Shown in pieces: positions 14,780-27,700 of a DNA stretch of 64,000 nt; positions within the stretch are counted from its first letter, which is position 1, and each line of letters begins with the position of its first letter. The position numbers and the translations under genes are program-made. Source of the stretch: Balanoglossus misakiensis (taxonomy: Eukaryota; Animalia; Hemichordata); the NCBI GenBank assembly GCA_040954595.2, contig CM082576.2, forward strand, positions 1,183,303-1,247,302, given 5' to 3'. Below the pieces are notes generated by a model. That model worked only from the letters and a program-made list of their open reading frames with translations. It made no database searches and was not told the origin of the DNA.

Positions 14780-17700
14780 GTAATGCTCATTTATTTCTAT
14801 TGACAATTTTTCATATTAATTATATCAAGTATTGAGATTGACAGCATAAATGGTACTTGTGTTGGTGTGTATGACATATAAATATAACTGTAACCATAGT
14901 AACAGCTAGACACACTTAAATGAGTGGTATAAGTTTATATCTAATATTTCATTTTTTGTTAAGCATTTTTTTAAATTGGCAGATGTTGTGTTTTTGAAAG
15001 TTCATGACCACTGCCTCCATACATCCGGCACTTGTCCATCCCTACACCTTCAGTTTCCTTTATATTTTTTTTTTTTTTTGGGGGGGGGGACATGTGCATG
15101 TTCAGATTGTGAGAGATACTTTAGTCAGAACATGGTTTTTGGAGTGAACGTGGTCTGAACAAAAGAAAGTGTCCTATTGATTGTCTAGAATAACACGGCT
15201 ACGGAAAGTGTTTGTCAGGCTTTGTTTCTAATCCCCTGTTATTATGACCAGCCTGTATCTGCACTCTTTTCATTGGTGTGGCAATACAATACTAGACGTA
15301 CTGGACTCCATACGATCTGGACAGTGTTTATTTTGGCATTACATTGGTCATGGTAAACTCCATACTGTCTATTTCTGCTTGGTTCTCAAGATCTTCTACT
15401 CATCTGCTCATCTGAAGTTGAGGTTATTATTAAACTGTAGGGATTGCTTCATTTGTGGAAGTCTAATTTGTTTGAAACGGAAACATTTGTATACGTTTAT
15501 GGAAATGGGTTCTCAGGAACCAGGATAATTTAAAGTGGATGATTCTAATACGGTACAGAGGTTCCATAGTACACGCTTAGACAGAATTCCTACAGAATTA
15601 TAGCATTAGTGATTTTCTCATGACCATTGTACTGTATGTAATATATTTGATTTGATTTGGGTATAGAGATTATTGTGACACGATTACTGTGGTCTTTCAA
15701 TATTACATTACACAGTAATCCCATTTGATAAAAAATTGTTTGGAATGAAATATGTCTTTGTATTAACGAAAAAAGTCAGATGGGTGAGGAAAATATTAAT
15801 TCTCTGTGATTTAATGGTGATTTAAACTGGCTGGGAAATTGGAAGGAAACTGAGGAAATAATGGACTTGATTGAAAAAAGTATTGCCTGGCTGGATCTTT
15901 CATTTCGTTACCAGAGTGATCAATTATGGAAACTGACATTTCCATCAAAGAATAACAAGGCTTATTACAGTGTCATATTACATTCCTATTAAAACTAGAA
16001 AGTAAAGTAGTTAGAAGAGGATCATTTCTTGGGATTGGATAGACTGACACATCTGTGACTCCAGCTCCTTGCTGACTGCATGGGTCTCCTTCTGAGTATA
16101 AGTCTCTAGTCGAGGACTGTAGCAAGCGTAGTAATCAGTGAGAGGCTAGTGTCACAACACAATCCAATGCCCACGCTCACCTGGGTTCTCTGCACCAGCA
16201 GCCCAGTTTGGAATAAAAGATTGGTACGGATTGGCACATATTTAGTGTTTGCATACATTTGCCATTTACACTGGAATGATTTGATTGTCAAGAGTTATTT
16301 ATTTATGCATTCCATGTGCGCCATGCCCCCATCCAGTTCTGTTTTTTTTATTCATGAAAATGGTTAATAATTGTGCACACCTGTACTGACCCTGGCAGTC
16401 ATTTCTGAAGACAAACTGATCTGCTGTTTGTCCCATACACATCCAGCCAGTCAAACAACGAGATCCTTGTCTCTATGACATCACCAAGAAGACTGAGCCT
16501 TGTACACATGTGCCAGCCCTCCATTGTAGTTCCACTCAAGAAGATTGTTTGCAGAGACATTATGACGTTGTTAAGGAATTGGTGTCAAGTATCCACCAAG
16601 TAATAAGTTTACAATGCTGTGGAGGATGTCCACACATTCTTCACCACATTTATCCTGATCTGTCATTATCATTGACACTACAGTGATGAAATTGACATGG
16701 TCCAATGGACCAAGACTGGAAAAAATGCTGTCTGTGGGACCCAAATCTGGCATGGTATTATACTCAACACATAAGTCATATTTGTCCTTGGAAATTCATA
16801 AAATATATCAGCTTTTAATAAAATGGGCAAAGTATGTCATATTTTAGTGATTTTCTTCACTTTTGTTTCTCAGTCTGTTGTTTGACAGTCTTGACAGATC
16901 CGAATCTGTCAAGTCATTGAACTAGTATGGGCAAATAAATACATTGTCAAGATTCATTCTTAACAGAAACTGTATCGTGTGCTTAGAAACTCCCGCAAAC
17001 TGCAATGCAATAAAGCTGCCAACTTTTCATACATTGCATATGCATAATATGAAAGTGTAATATTCTTAGACAGTGTAATTCACTTATTTTTATGAAAGCA
17101 GATGGTGGGAGGATTAAGGTGTAGATAAGACCAAGATCTGAATGGTGTGAACACCTGATTTAGGAAGCAGCACAATAAAAAAGACTGTTTTAATCGCTGG
17201 TAATTCACTTTTAAATGAATGCTTTAACTTGCAGACAAAAGGAAATGAAATTAGATTTCATCAGCAGACTTGTGCAGCATTACATCAATTGAACATCCAT
17301 TCAGTGCAATTCATCTCTAGAGATTGTGTTATATTGACTGCATAATCAACAATTCTGTAGAGATTTAATGTAATATTATAGTTCTTGGAAATATCTGATG
17401 AAATTTAATGTTGCCTACACAAAAGCTTTATGAAATATTTCCAGCAATAATGAGAGATTATGCATTGACGTCAATAGCTGCTATGCAAATATCATAAATT
17501 ACTTTATTAAAGTGTCAAACCTTGAAGAGTAATGTGACTGGTATTGGAGTATAGCAATTTAATTTTCATAGCTTGGCAGTTTAATTGCAGTCATTACTAA
17601 ATGAGGGTTATAGACTTAGTCTCTATGGAGTAAAACTGTTAAATTACATGTACTTTCATTTTACTCTAAAATTGGTGATTAATTATTCATGGATTATGGG

Positions 17701-20700
17701 TCAAGAAATGTATCTCTATTATTAATGCTTTACAGTGAGCATAATTTATTTTGCTGGAAGTGAGTTAAGTGTGAAAATTAAGGTGTATCAGATGGGATGA
17801 TTGACCCCTTTTTCAAGAAATAACATACATTTTTCTCTGCTGGCTTAATAAACAAACCGGCAGTAGCTATCAGCACTGTTTACCTAGTTATTTACAAATA
17901 CTGTAAAATATGTGATGCCTTTATGATCAGCAAAGAGAGAAGCTGGCGACATGACAGACAACCTGGATGTTCTCTTCTATAATCACATGGCGAACTGTAT
18001 ATAGTAGCTGCAAATAAACAGAACCATAAAACTTGAAAAACCAAAGCCAACACCAGATCGTTTCATTTGTGGGTCAGTGTACTTGGAAATCAATCCGAGA
18101 GTCAAGGTGTGGCACTTTCTCATTTTGCTTTGGTTCTTCCATAGACCCTGGAGATTCCTCTTATCCCAGGGTAACCTAGGTCTTAGCCATAGTTTTCTAC
18201 TGCCTTTGCTTTGAGAGCAAAGGTAGATAGGTATGGATAGGCCTAGGGTAAACTTCACACAATTAGTTATTCTGCAAAGATCCCTTGTGAACTACATACA
18301 TGTACAATTGCTGGGAATCTTTATCAAATGAAAATCCCTCAAAGGAAACCATTGCGTTGACGTGACAGTACCTACATCATACATAATAGATGCGATGACA
18401 TTGACTTACAGCTAAAAGCTCGCTACCAAACCAATGCTTTTACTAATGTTCAAAATAGTCTAGGCTCAGTAGAATATGTACAGCATGTGGGGTCATTGTA
18501 GGGTTCATGAAAGTGGCCTAATTGACAAAGAGGACCAATGGACTTGTTGTGGTTAGTCTTTTCAGATAACCAGGCCAAACACAATAGTAGAGAGAGTAGG
18601 AATTGTCTGTATTTCACATCAATACAATTGTGTTGTCTGCTGTGAAGGTAATATTAGATTCCCAGTCGAGTCACCAATACTTCCAAGTGATCAAACTCTT
18701 GGGTGGGTAATCAAACTGACACAATTGTTCTCTGAAAACAACTTTGTTCTCAGTGCCCTAAATACTGACTGGATGTGGTATTGTTGAGCTCTATTATCAG
18801 AAAGCAAACATCCAAGTTTTGTGAACTTGTATTAAATGCCCCAGGCAATATTAAATCATGGAAGACAGCATATCATTCACAAATGCATTGTGAATGCAAC
18901 GTCTTATAGTTGAATAATGCAGGCAAAGAAAACATGGAGTCAAGCCAAAAGATGTGAATGAATGCCCCTGAACTGACTTATATGATGACATTTAAACATA
19001 ACAAGGTCATAAATCCCATTATATGCCATTGCTTTGAAGGGACCTAGTCCTAGGTCCTACCCATGGATGTGTCATTTCATTGTGCCATCTTTTATTTTCA
19101 TGTTTTGGTTGTAATCACCTCCATTAGAACAACACTCCAGGTCCGGTTTATTGTGTGTGCACAGGGCTTATTCTAGCCATTGTCATCAGGGTTGCCAAGG
19201 TGTAGTCTATGCACTGCCAAACTTCGGAATGTTTTAACTCAGGTCTTTATAAATCCAGGCAACGAAGGTTGAGTTGTACACTCAGTAACCTGCGCATTGG
19301 AAAAAAATAGAACGTCACTCTCCATTGCACTGATTGACGGTTGTGATGCCATGAAGCTGTGTTGAACTGATGAGTGAGTTTTAAATACACAAGGAAGCAG
19401 GCTTTGGGCATAACTATAAAAGCATAGCACCGTTGTCCATTTAATTCTGACTAGATGGGTTACATTGTCTTCTCAATAACAGTATGAATTCCCACTTAAC
19501 ATCTTTGCCCTCCAGGTTCTCACACTGTAAAGTGTCTTGTGTTTATTTGCCACTTCTGGGAGTTTCAAAAAAATCAAATCAGATGAGGTCACTCATGCTG
19601 TGAATAATCAACTCTTGTATTGAAAATATCATTAGTAAAATTCAAAGGTGATTTTGTTTCCGCTGATGTGGTTTGACATTTCTGTCAAATACAGACACTT
19701 GAACTTTTGAGAAACTCATTTCACGTATATATTCTGAGAATAGCCCTTCAAGTTAATTGTCACGGAAGTCATACAGTTATTCTGTGACATCAATACCAAT
19801 TGTAGCTGCAAGGAATAATGTTCATTGAATGAGAGGAAACCACTTTTCTTTCATATTGTAATGCAGATTAAACATTTTACATTTTGTAGTCATTATGGAT
19901 TGACTAAAGCGTGCATTAATTTTCAGCAGTAATTGCATTCAATTTTTTTTATGTCTGCGTTCTTAGAGGAGTGAATGCTTAGAATATTTATGTGAATCGC
20001 TATTTGTACAGGTACATGACTTGTAATCAATAAGATATTGTTATTGATCAAAGTGCACTTTGCTTTTGAAATCATTGGATTTGATTGAAGTTCTTCCAAG
20101 GGTTGATAGAAGTTGTCTGGTATAAAAATAAAGCATAAATTATCATTTGGATTACTCCATTGAGTTTCTGAGCCCACAGTGACTACATTCATATTTTAAA
20201 AGATAATAACTGTCATAAAACCTATGTACATGTATGTGTGACATTGCTCATTACGACTTACATTATCAGCGATAAAAGTGACTGTTCATAGAATATGTTG
20301 ACTATAACCAAAATGTTAAAGGTGAAGTGTTGGTAAAACAGCCACTGCCCACAAGAATTTGAAAACAGACAATGTTGTTGAAACCATGAACTGTCTCAGT
20401 TCAAATACAGACAATAGCCCCTTGTGTTTTTATTCACATTCAAATAGAGATCATTGTTGCCATGTGGGCGATATCTCAGATGGTCTGACGCACACAGTCA
20501 GAGCCCTTGCAGGTCACCAACAGGAATTATAGAGAATATGTTGGTATGAAGTAGAAAAGAAGGTTTCTCGGTATTTTAGATGTCTATACATGTAGCTTTC
20601 AATTTTGAATTGATTCCAAGATATGGCAATAGCAGTCACTGGAGCCGAGTTTAAAAAAACCTCAGGCCTTTCAGACTCACAGTTACGATACACAAATAGT

Positions 20701-21895
20701 CTTTCTACCATTTCTATCTAGTAGCACACACAGGATTTTCAAACCAGAGCGAAAAATAAAATTCATGGAGAAACATGACATGGTGGCAGTTCCTTAAAGT
20801 CAGTCAACTGCCAATGATTGGGTTTAACATAGCCATTGCAGGACTGTATATTCCACCTTGACTGTTGTAACCTTGGCCCAATCATCTGAGGTTCACTGTC
20901 AGTGATTGACTTCAAGGTGATACCACTGGCACTACCTCAAGTTTCTCCATCTGATGCATTCTGCATTCTGTACTAAGAATTAGGTTCCATCTTCAGAATA
21001 ATACTAACAGTAACTGGCATTTTTGGAGTAGGAGTTAATTTTGATGGCATTTTCTCTGGCTTGAATTGATTCATTATATTTGATTATATCAGGTAAAAAT
21101 GAGCAGAAGAAATGTCAGGGGGGGGGGAGGGTTCAGAGCTTCTGAAAAGTCAACTCAACTGCTGTCATTGAGTGTCTGATGACGTGGTCATTGAGTGTGT
21201 GGGCTGAATAGAAGTTGTCACAGCAAGAGGCAAGGTCACATCAGCTTGCTCACTTGATGGACTACAAAATAGTAAATTTGTGTAAAATCTTGAATGAAAC
21301 GTGAAAATCTAATAAACAAAGCAATTAATGCAGCTTAGTTGTTCGAATTTGACTGAATGAATTGTCTTTTCTTTAGACTTGAGATAAAACATGTAAGTAT
21401 TTAAAACCTCCCAGATGTAGGGATGAAGACTTCTGTAAACAGCACACAATGATTTGTAGGAAATGTTTTTTGTTTGTCAGGTCAAATTAGGTCACTGTCA
21501 ACAGTTACCAAAACTTGACATTTACCATTTACATGTAGTCAACAGTCTACTTCTGATCTGACACGTTTTTTCCCACATTTGTGTATAGAGGGCGCTGTTT
21601 ATCGGGTTGCACACTGCAGGGACAACTGGAGATGCACAAAGGAGACCAATACATCATGGATAGATTGATATTTTAATGATAGAGATATTGACAATGACTT
21701 ATTGTTATTCATACATTTTAATATTCATTAGACGTACAGCTGGGACATAGCCTTGAGGTGCGACACCTGATAGGATTATAAATGTCTGGTAGATTTGAGC
21801 TGAATGGGTGTGACTGATTAATGTTACCAGAGTTTGGTAAAGATTGTATGAATTCCCTCACCAGCCCACTTCACAGACTTGTAGACAGTTGACTC

Positions 21896-21972
21896 GACTG
21901 GAAAATCCAGTGTTTGGGGGCGCTCACCCCTGTAAGTGCAGGCAGCGCCCTCAAACAACGGATTTTCCAGTC
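21896..21972. repeat. 77-bp imperfect palindrome (possible mini-MITE)
   Basis: GACTGGAAAATCC...GTTTGGGGGCGCT / AGCGCCCTCAAAC...GGATTTTCCAGTC inverted arms. Confidence 0.7.
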
Positions 21973-23955
21973 TTCAGCCCCTGATTCTTATACTTGTGGA
22001 GACTTCATATTCACAAAGTGTTTTTACCCATATTTTCCTCAACGATTTTCATCAAGTTTGTCATTTTGCTTTTAGATCGCGCAGATACACAGCCTGTGCC
22101 ACCATCTTGAATTGACTGAAACACAGAAAAAACTGTCTCCTTGTCTTGCAGTACTAAACAGAAACATATGAGACTTATGTTTACCAGTTGTTCCAGTAAA
22201 TCAATAACTGCTGGTTGGCGACATTGACATTTTCACCCCCAGGACCTCTACACAGTTTACATTACACTTGGGTTGTTTACTGTTGACCTTAAATTGAGCT
22301 GTGCAGATATCAGAGTCCTGAAAACTGCAGGATCAATCATTGACTTTGTTGATTATTGTATAAAGCCGTCATAAACAGTCATGACATTTACAAGTTCCAT
22401 CTTTGTAGAGAATATAAAAGCCGACACGAACAGTATTCTATGAAAGACATATGTGACACTCGTCTCAAGATTGCTTCACAAATCAACCAAAACATTGCAG
22501 TCAGTATGTTTGCCTGCTGAGCAAAACCATGACAGCACATTTCTTACAAAGTACACTGTGTTGTTTGATATTCGCTCATTTTTCATTGTGAAAGATTTAT
22601 ATCTTATGACATGTATCACTCCAAGGCATTTCGTGACCTCTTTAAGGTCATTTACACATTCATAAACATTTAAAATGATGTGACGTGAACTGCCACGTAC
22701 AGTCACTGTGTGTGATCCATTCACTCTGAAACCATTTACCCACCTGCAGTCATCATGGTCATGGTTGAATGATCGATTTTTACCTCTGCTGCCTGACTGG
22801 CATATTTCTATATTTCTATGACAACAATCTCATGATCTGACTGCCATTTCATTTCCACAAGTTTTCAAAGGTGCTTCATGAAGTTATGTAGGTTATAAAG
22901 TGGATAAATATATTCCAAGCATGGCCCACAGATCCAAGTGTTGATTCCAGCACTTCAGAGATTTACACACCTGTCATGCTTTTAAAAAGAGTTTGATACA
23001 CTGAATTCTTTGGCATCATAAAACAATTAAACAATAATGACCATGATAAGGCATGTCAACACTTTGTCAGAAACTGAAAAGCACATTTTAACATGAATCA
23101 TCAGGCAGTAATGACTTGCAGCATTTTAGTGTTTCAGAGAAATACTGCTACTGGTCTCTTAGTTTGTTGATGGCAAACATTTGAAAGGCAATTAAATCTT
23201 GTTTTGTAAGTAAGCAATCACAAAACCATAAATTAATATGCATGTGTTCTTTTTGGCTGTCAAGGTGATAAGAAATCTGTAGACCATGGCAGAAGTGTTT
23301 TAATCTGTGTTAACTCCTTGAAGATGGGATAAAAATAGAACATGAAATGAGGTTAGAATCAAAGTCTTCACCAAGGTATTGTTTGATCAGCACTCAAGTA
23401 TTTGCAGGGCTCATAAACAATGCAAATAAACAAGAATCCAGTAAAATAAAATAGGTTTATTAAAATGGGTGCCTCACCAGTCCTCTGGGAATTTCCTTTT
23501 AAATGAAATACATATACCGGTAATGAAAATGCAGTCATATGGGCAATTCAGTGACGTTTCCAAGTACAAATCTGTTTGACTCCCAACAGAAAATGTACAA
23601 TCCGTTCGCAAGAACAGTCTTTGTTGCAGAGTTGGAGGGTATTCCATTGGACAGGCTATCACATACACACATCTGTTAGTGCATTACAGACTAAGTATGG
23701 CAAAGCATAGGTTTATCGTAATCACGAGATCACATTAGTCCAATATCAGTCTATAAAATTTGAAATAGGTAAACTTCACTGCCATTAATCATTCCAGGGA
23801 CGGCTAACTTGTAGTCTAAAGGTTGAACATCACCACTGGCAGTAGTTAGAATCCCAGTTAGAAGGTTGTTTATTCCTACAAGAACATGATATTTACTCAC
23901 GCATTACGTAGTTTTGTAGTATATTCAAATTGGTTGATTCTAATTATCGTCACAG

Positions 23956-23969
23956 ATGACGCACGTCAT
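23956..23969. promoter_or_regulatory. Inverted CRE/ATF half-site pair ATGACG-CA-CGTCAT upstream of the 24633 exon
   Basis: Dyad motif in a locally CpG-containing patch ~670 bp upstream of the candidate ATG. Confidence 0.3.
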
Positions 23970-24632
23970 TTAATAAGTCATTCATTTTCACAGCTTCAAA
24001 TATTGTAACCACAAGTTTAAAAAAATACTATTTTTATCTATTTTTAAATGTTACCCGGCAACCATCACCTGGCAACAAAAACGTTAATTGTATCTGAGAG
24101 ATACTAGATATTAATAGTTCAGTTTTCTTGAAATTAATACTTTGAGATTAGAAATAATCTTACAGTAAAAAATCTTTGCTTTAGGGGGCTTAGTATGTGA
24201 TGTTTATTATTAATTTTTTAAGAAGAGAAAAAGGTGTGAAGAGTTGTGTGAGCTTGAAATTTCTGGGAAATGGAAATAAAGCACGCACTATATGTTAAAT
24301 TTGGTTTGAGACAATGGTGGTTATCCAAGATGAAACGTGATTTCTTGGTAAAACAACAAAGCAAGGATGCATTTCCGTCATTGAAGTTTAGGTTGACGTT
24401 TTAACCGCATCATCTTCAATCACTCACTCGGCTTTTGTGTACAGGTCACGACACACTCAATAATCATGCACTTAGGGAGGATTGATTTGGCACTCCCAGC
24501 ATTCTCATTTTACGTACACGCCTTTATAGGAAGCGGCGTGTACTAGAAGACATTCACCCTCTGGTCTCCGTGCCGACTAGAATGTCTTAGCATATCAGGA
24601 ACACATATAGGAAATCCTCTACTGTTGAACAG

Positions 24633-24785
24633 ATGAGTACTGGAACAGAAATAATCGCCATGATTACTGAAAACAAATCACTAACTGATGAAAACGAAAT
24701 CATCTTGGAAAAATATAAGTATATTTCGGTTAAAAAGGATGACAGGTTTACCGAGGATAGTGGCACAAACCATGAAGAACTTCAG
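24633..24785 (+). CDS. Candidate alternative first coding exon of the IP3 3-kinase (MSTGTEII...HEELQ, 51 aa)
   Basis: ATG preceded by an in-frame stop at 24588; strong phase-0 donor CAG|GTATGT at 24786; frame-compatible with the downstream exons. Confidence 0.6.
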
Positions 24786-27700
24786 GTATGTTTATGTGAT
24801 AGGTTCCTGTGTATATGTTCACCCTATATAAGGTTTATAGTGCGACCACATATAGACGTAGGTCTATACATGCATATTATAAACCTACGGTTTACTGTGA
24901 CAATGTGTAGAGTTTGAAACACATTGCTGACTCTTTCACTCAACGGTTATGGCCTGTGGGTATGTGTTTGTGATTTTATTAAACTTTAAAGTGATAGATA
25001 CATATACACAATGATTGATGCTTGGTAGTTGGAGGAATTGAAATGTATTCGTAACACTTCTGGGCCTATGAAAAAGGGAAAGGCCTGGTTATTTTGACAA
25101 AACAAATGACATCATTGCATATTTCACTTCCTGCAAATCATACCAGTATTTTTCATCATATTTTTTGAAGACACGTTTGTGTGCTGGACGAATAGAACAT
25201 TTTCATATGTAGCAGTTTCTCCACTTGATTTTTGTTTTATTATCACATCCATATGATCGTTCACTGAAGCCAAAGTTACACTAAAATCTACCCAGTTGTA
25301 CATGTACCAGTATGTGGGCATGTTGATGACTGCATGTAGGTACGGTAGTCTGTTTATAGCCACATATGGGTCCCCTTGAAGTGGTAACGGTTTTGTACAG
25401 ACTGTTTACACAATGTGAAGTAGCAGCCACCTCTAGCTAATCTTAACCTTGTTAGTTCAATTGGAGAGATAACTGTGTTTGAAGGAAGAATTAGTCCCAG
25501 CCTATGAGTGATGTTTTTCAAAATTCTAAAGTGTGCTTGCTGCCTGTTTGGTTGCATGTGCAGGGTGAAACAATGATTTACAAGACTTTGTTTTGATTAC
25601 ACAACCTAGGGCTGGATTTAGTCGAGCCTCGTACAGATTTGATATATAGCCACTGAATGCAGAGACCACTGTTGTCTGGAATGAGTTACATGTCATTAAA
25701 CCAACTAGGACAATAGCGTACTGGATGTAGCATTATTAGCAAACTTTGACCCCCCTGGACGGATAATGGTTGTTGGACGTAGATTAGTGCACACACGGCT
25801 TCTGGAGGGAGTTACCCAACCATGAATAACAGAGGACCTCTGCTCTGTTCCTTTCTTAGGAAACAAAGCTGCTCAAATACCTTGACACTTTTAACCTGGC
25901 CGAAACTCCAATCTATAGTGTACGCTTTCATAACAACCAGACTCTTTCAGCTGCTAACTGACCTAAATTGTGCAAACAACCCAAAGAAGTCATAATGTTC
26001 TCTCTCCTTGACTTAAAAAATCAACAAATAAAAAAGTTTTGACGTCACAGTAGTGAGATGCTTGTCAACAGAAAAATTTAACTGTATCACTAATGCTACA
26101 TAGTGCGAGATGGAGCGCAAGCTTCCCTTGTCAACCATGTGTTATTTCCGAGACTGAAGGAAGTGAAAATTGGTGGTAATCGTCACATCTTGCTAATGGT
26201 GTCCCATTTCACATAAATTCTCCTCCACTCTCTGTAAATTCTACATAATTTGATAAAATGATGTGATAATAAATGTTTAAAAGACACAACATTTCCTCAA
26301 GAGTGTTATAATTTATTAATAAGCGGAAAATAATATTTACCCCAGAGAGACAAATACATTTTATGCCATTTTTGCAGATAATTGGCTTTATTTTGTGAAG
26401 CTACAAATCCTAAGGTGCTTAATACTTTCAATAAATTGGTGAATTTCCTAGTTTAATGATAAATAATGAATTTTCTACAATCTACATCTTGGAGTTGTGA
26501 CTGTTCTGTGATAGATCAGAATAATCTCCAGCTGATCTGGAGACGCTGACTTTGTCTGAATTTGATTATTGAAGACCTGTCCACCCATCCATCCTCTGTC
26601 CCCACCCACGCTGATATCCCCTTCAAAGACACCCTGACTTCGTCTCAATTTTACAGCAAACAATTCCACACACACCGCATGGTATACATGTATGACTACA
26701 GAACATGGTCTCCTTTAATAGTAAGCCATTTCAGTCTCCATTGAATCTAAAACGTTAAACCCTTCACCATTATCTCGTACTAACAGCTCGATAATGTAAA
26801 ATGGCTCCCTTTGCTTGAATATCCATTATGCTGTCATTGAACAGTTATGTAATTTTTGATCACCCAACAATTATTTTGGCAGTTACAGTCAACATTCAAA
26901 ACTAACAGTTATAACTTGGAAAAAATGTATAAGTTGTTGATGCCCACTCAGTGTTTCTGTCCCTGTCTTTAACACTGGAAAATCTGTTGTGTTTCACATG
27001 GTACAATTTGTTTCCTTGCTTTTGCTACAAGGAATCATCTGACGAAGAAGATGAGGTACGTCTTAAAATTAGATACAAGGTTATTACCCCCAAATGTAGT
27101 AGCCCTGTGTGCTCTGCATTCTTCACTTAATTCACCCCCAATTCCCTCTTAAGAACTCCAACCTATCATAGAATACAATGGATGTGGACTGAACCATGGC
27201 AGTGAGAGGGTTAAACGTGCACCTCAAAATGCAAAGAAATCCTGAACTCCAGAAATAAATCTTTCCCTTATAACACCCCCCCCCCCCAAAAAAAAAAAAA
27301 AACTAAACTGATTAGGGGTGACTTCGCAGAAGCGTATGGCTACAAGGAATTCAAAGTGGCTAGCATCTTTAACTTTGTATGATCTACATACATGTATATG
27401 TATGTGGTAACATTTATAATTGTCTTTAAAACAGGATAGTAAATGCCTGCCTTTCTTTTATGTCAAAAAGTGATTCTATATGATTTGAAATAGTAACAAA
27501 TGTAAAGGTGGTCTTACTTCTTTCTGAAAACGATCCTCAAAGTGTTGTTTACAATGTACCTTGAATGTAAACAAATATCACAACTTTGACAGTACAACTA
27601 AGTATCTAAGTCAGAAAGAATTTGCCCTCCTTTTCAGACCAAAAGTTTCCTTTAAATGCATTAACCTTTTGGCATCAAACAATACATCATTGTTGGCCAT

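Noticed and set aside
16475-16588. Possible third first exon (MTSPRRLSL...NWCQ, phase 0)
   Set aside because: Weak donor (CAA|GTATCCAC), no homology and no promoter support.
16890-16913. 10-bp-stem hairpin CTTGACAGAT-CCGA-ATCTGTCAAG
   Set aside because: Isolated and short enough to occur by chance.
24486-24632. Apparent upstream extension of the 24633 exon across an in-frame TAG (readthrough idea)
   Set aside because: Bounded by TGA at 24483 with no upstream in-frame ATG or convincing acceptor; likely 5' UTR.
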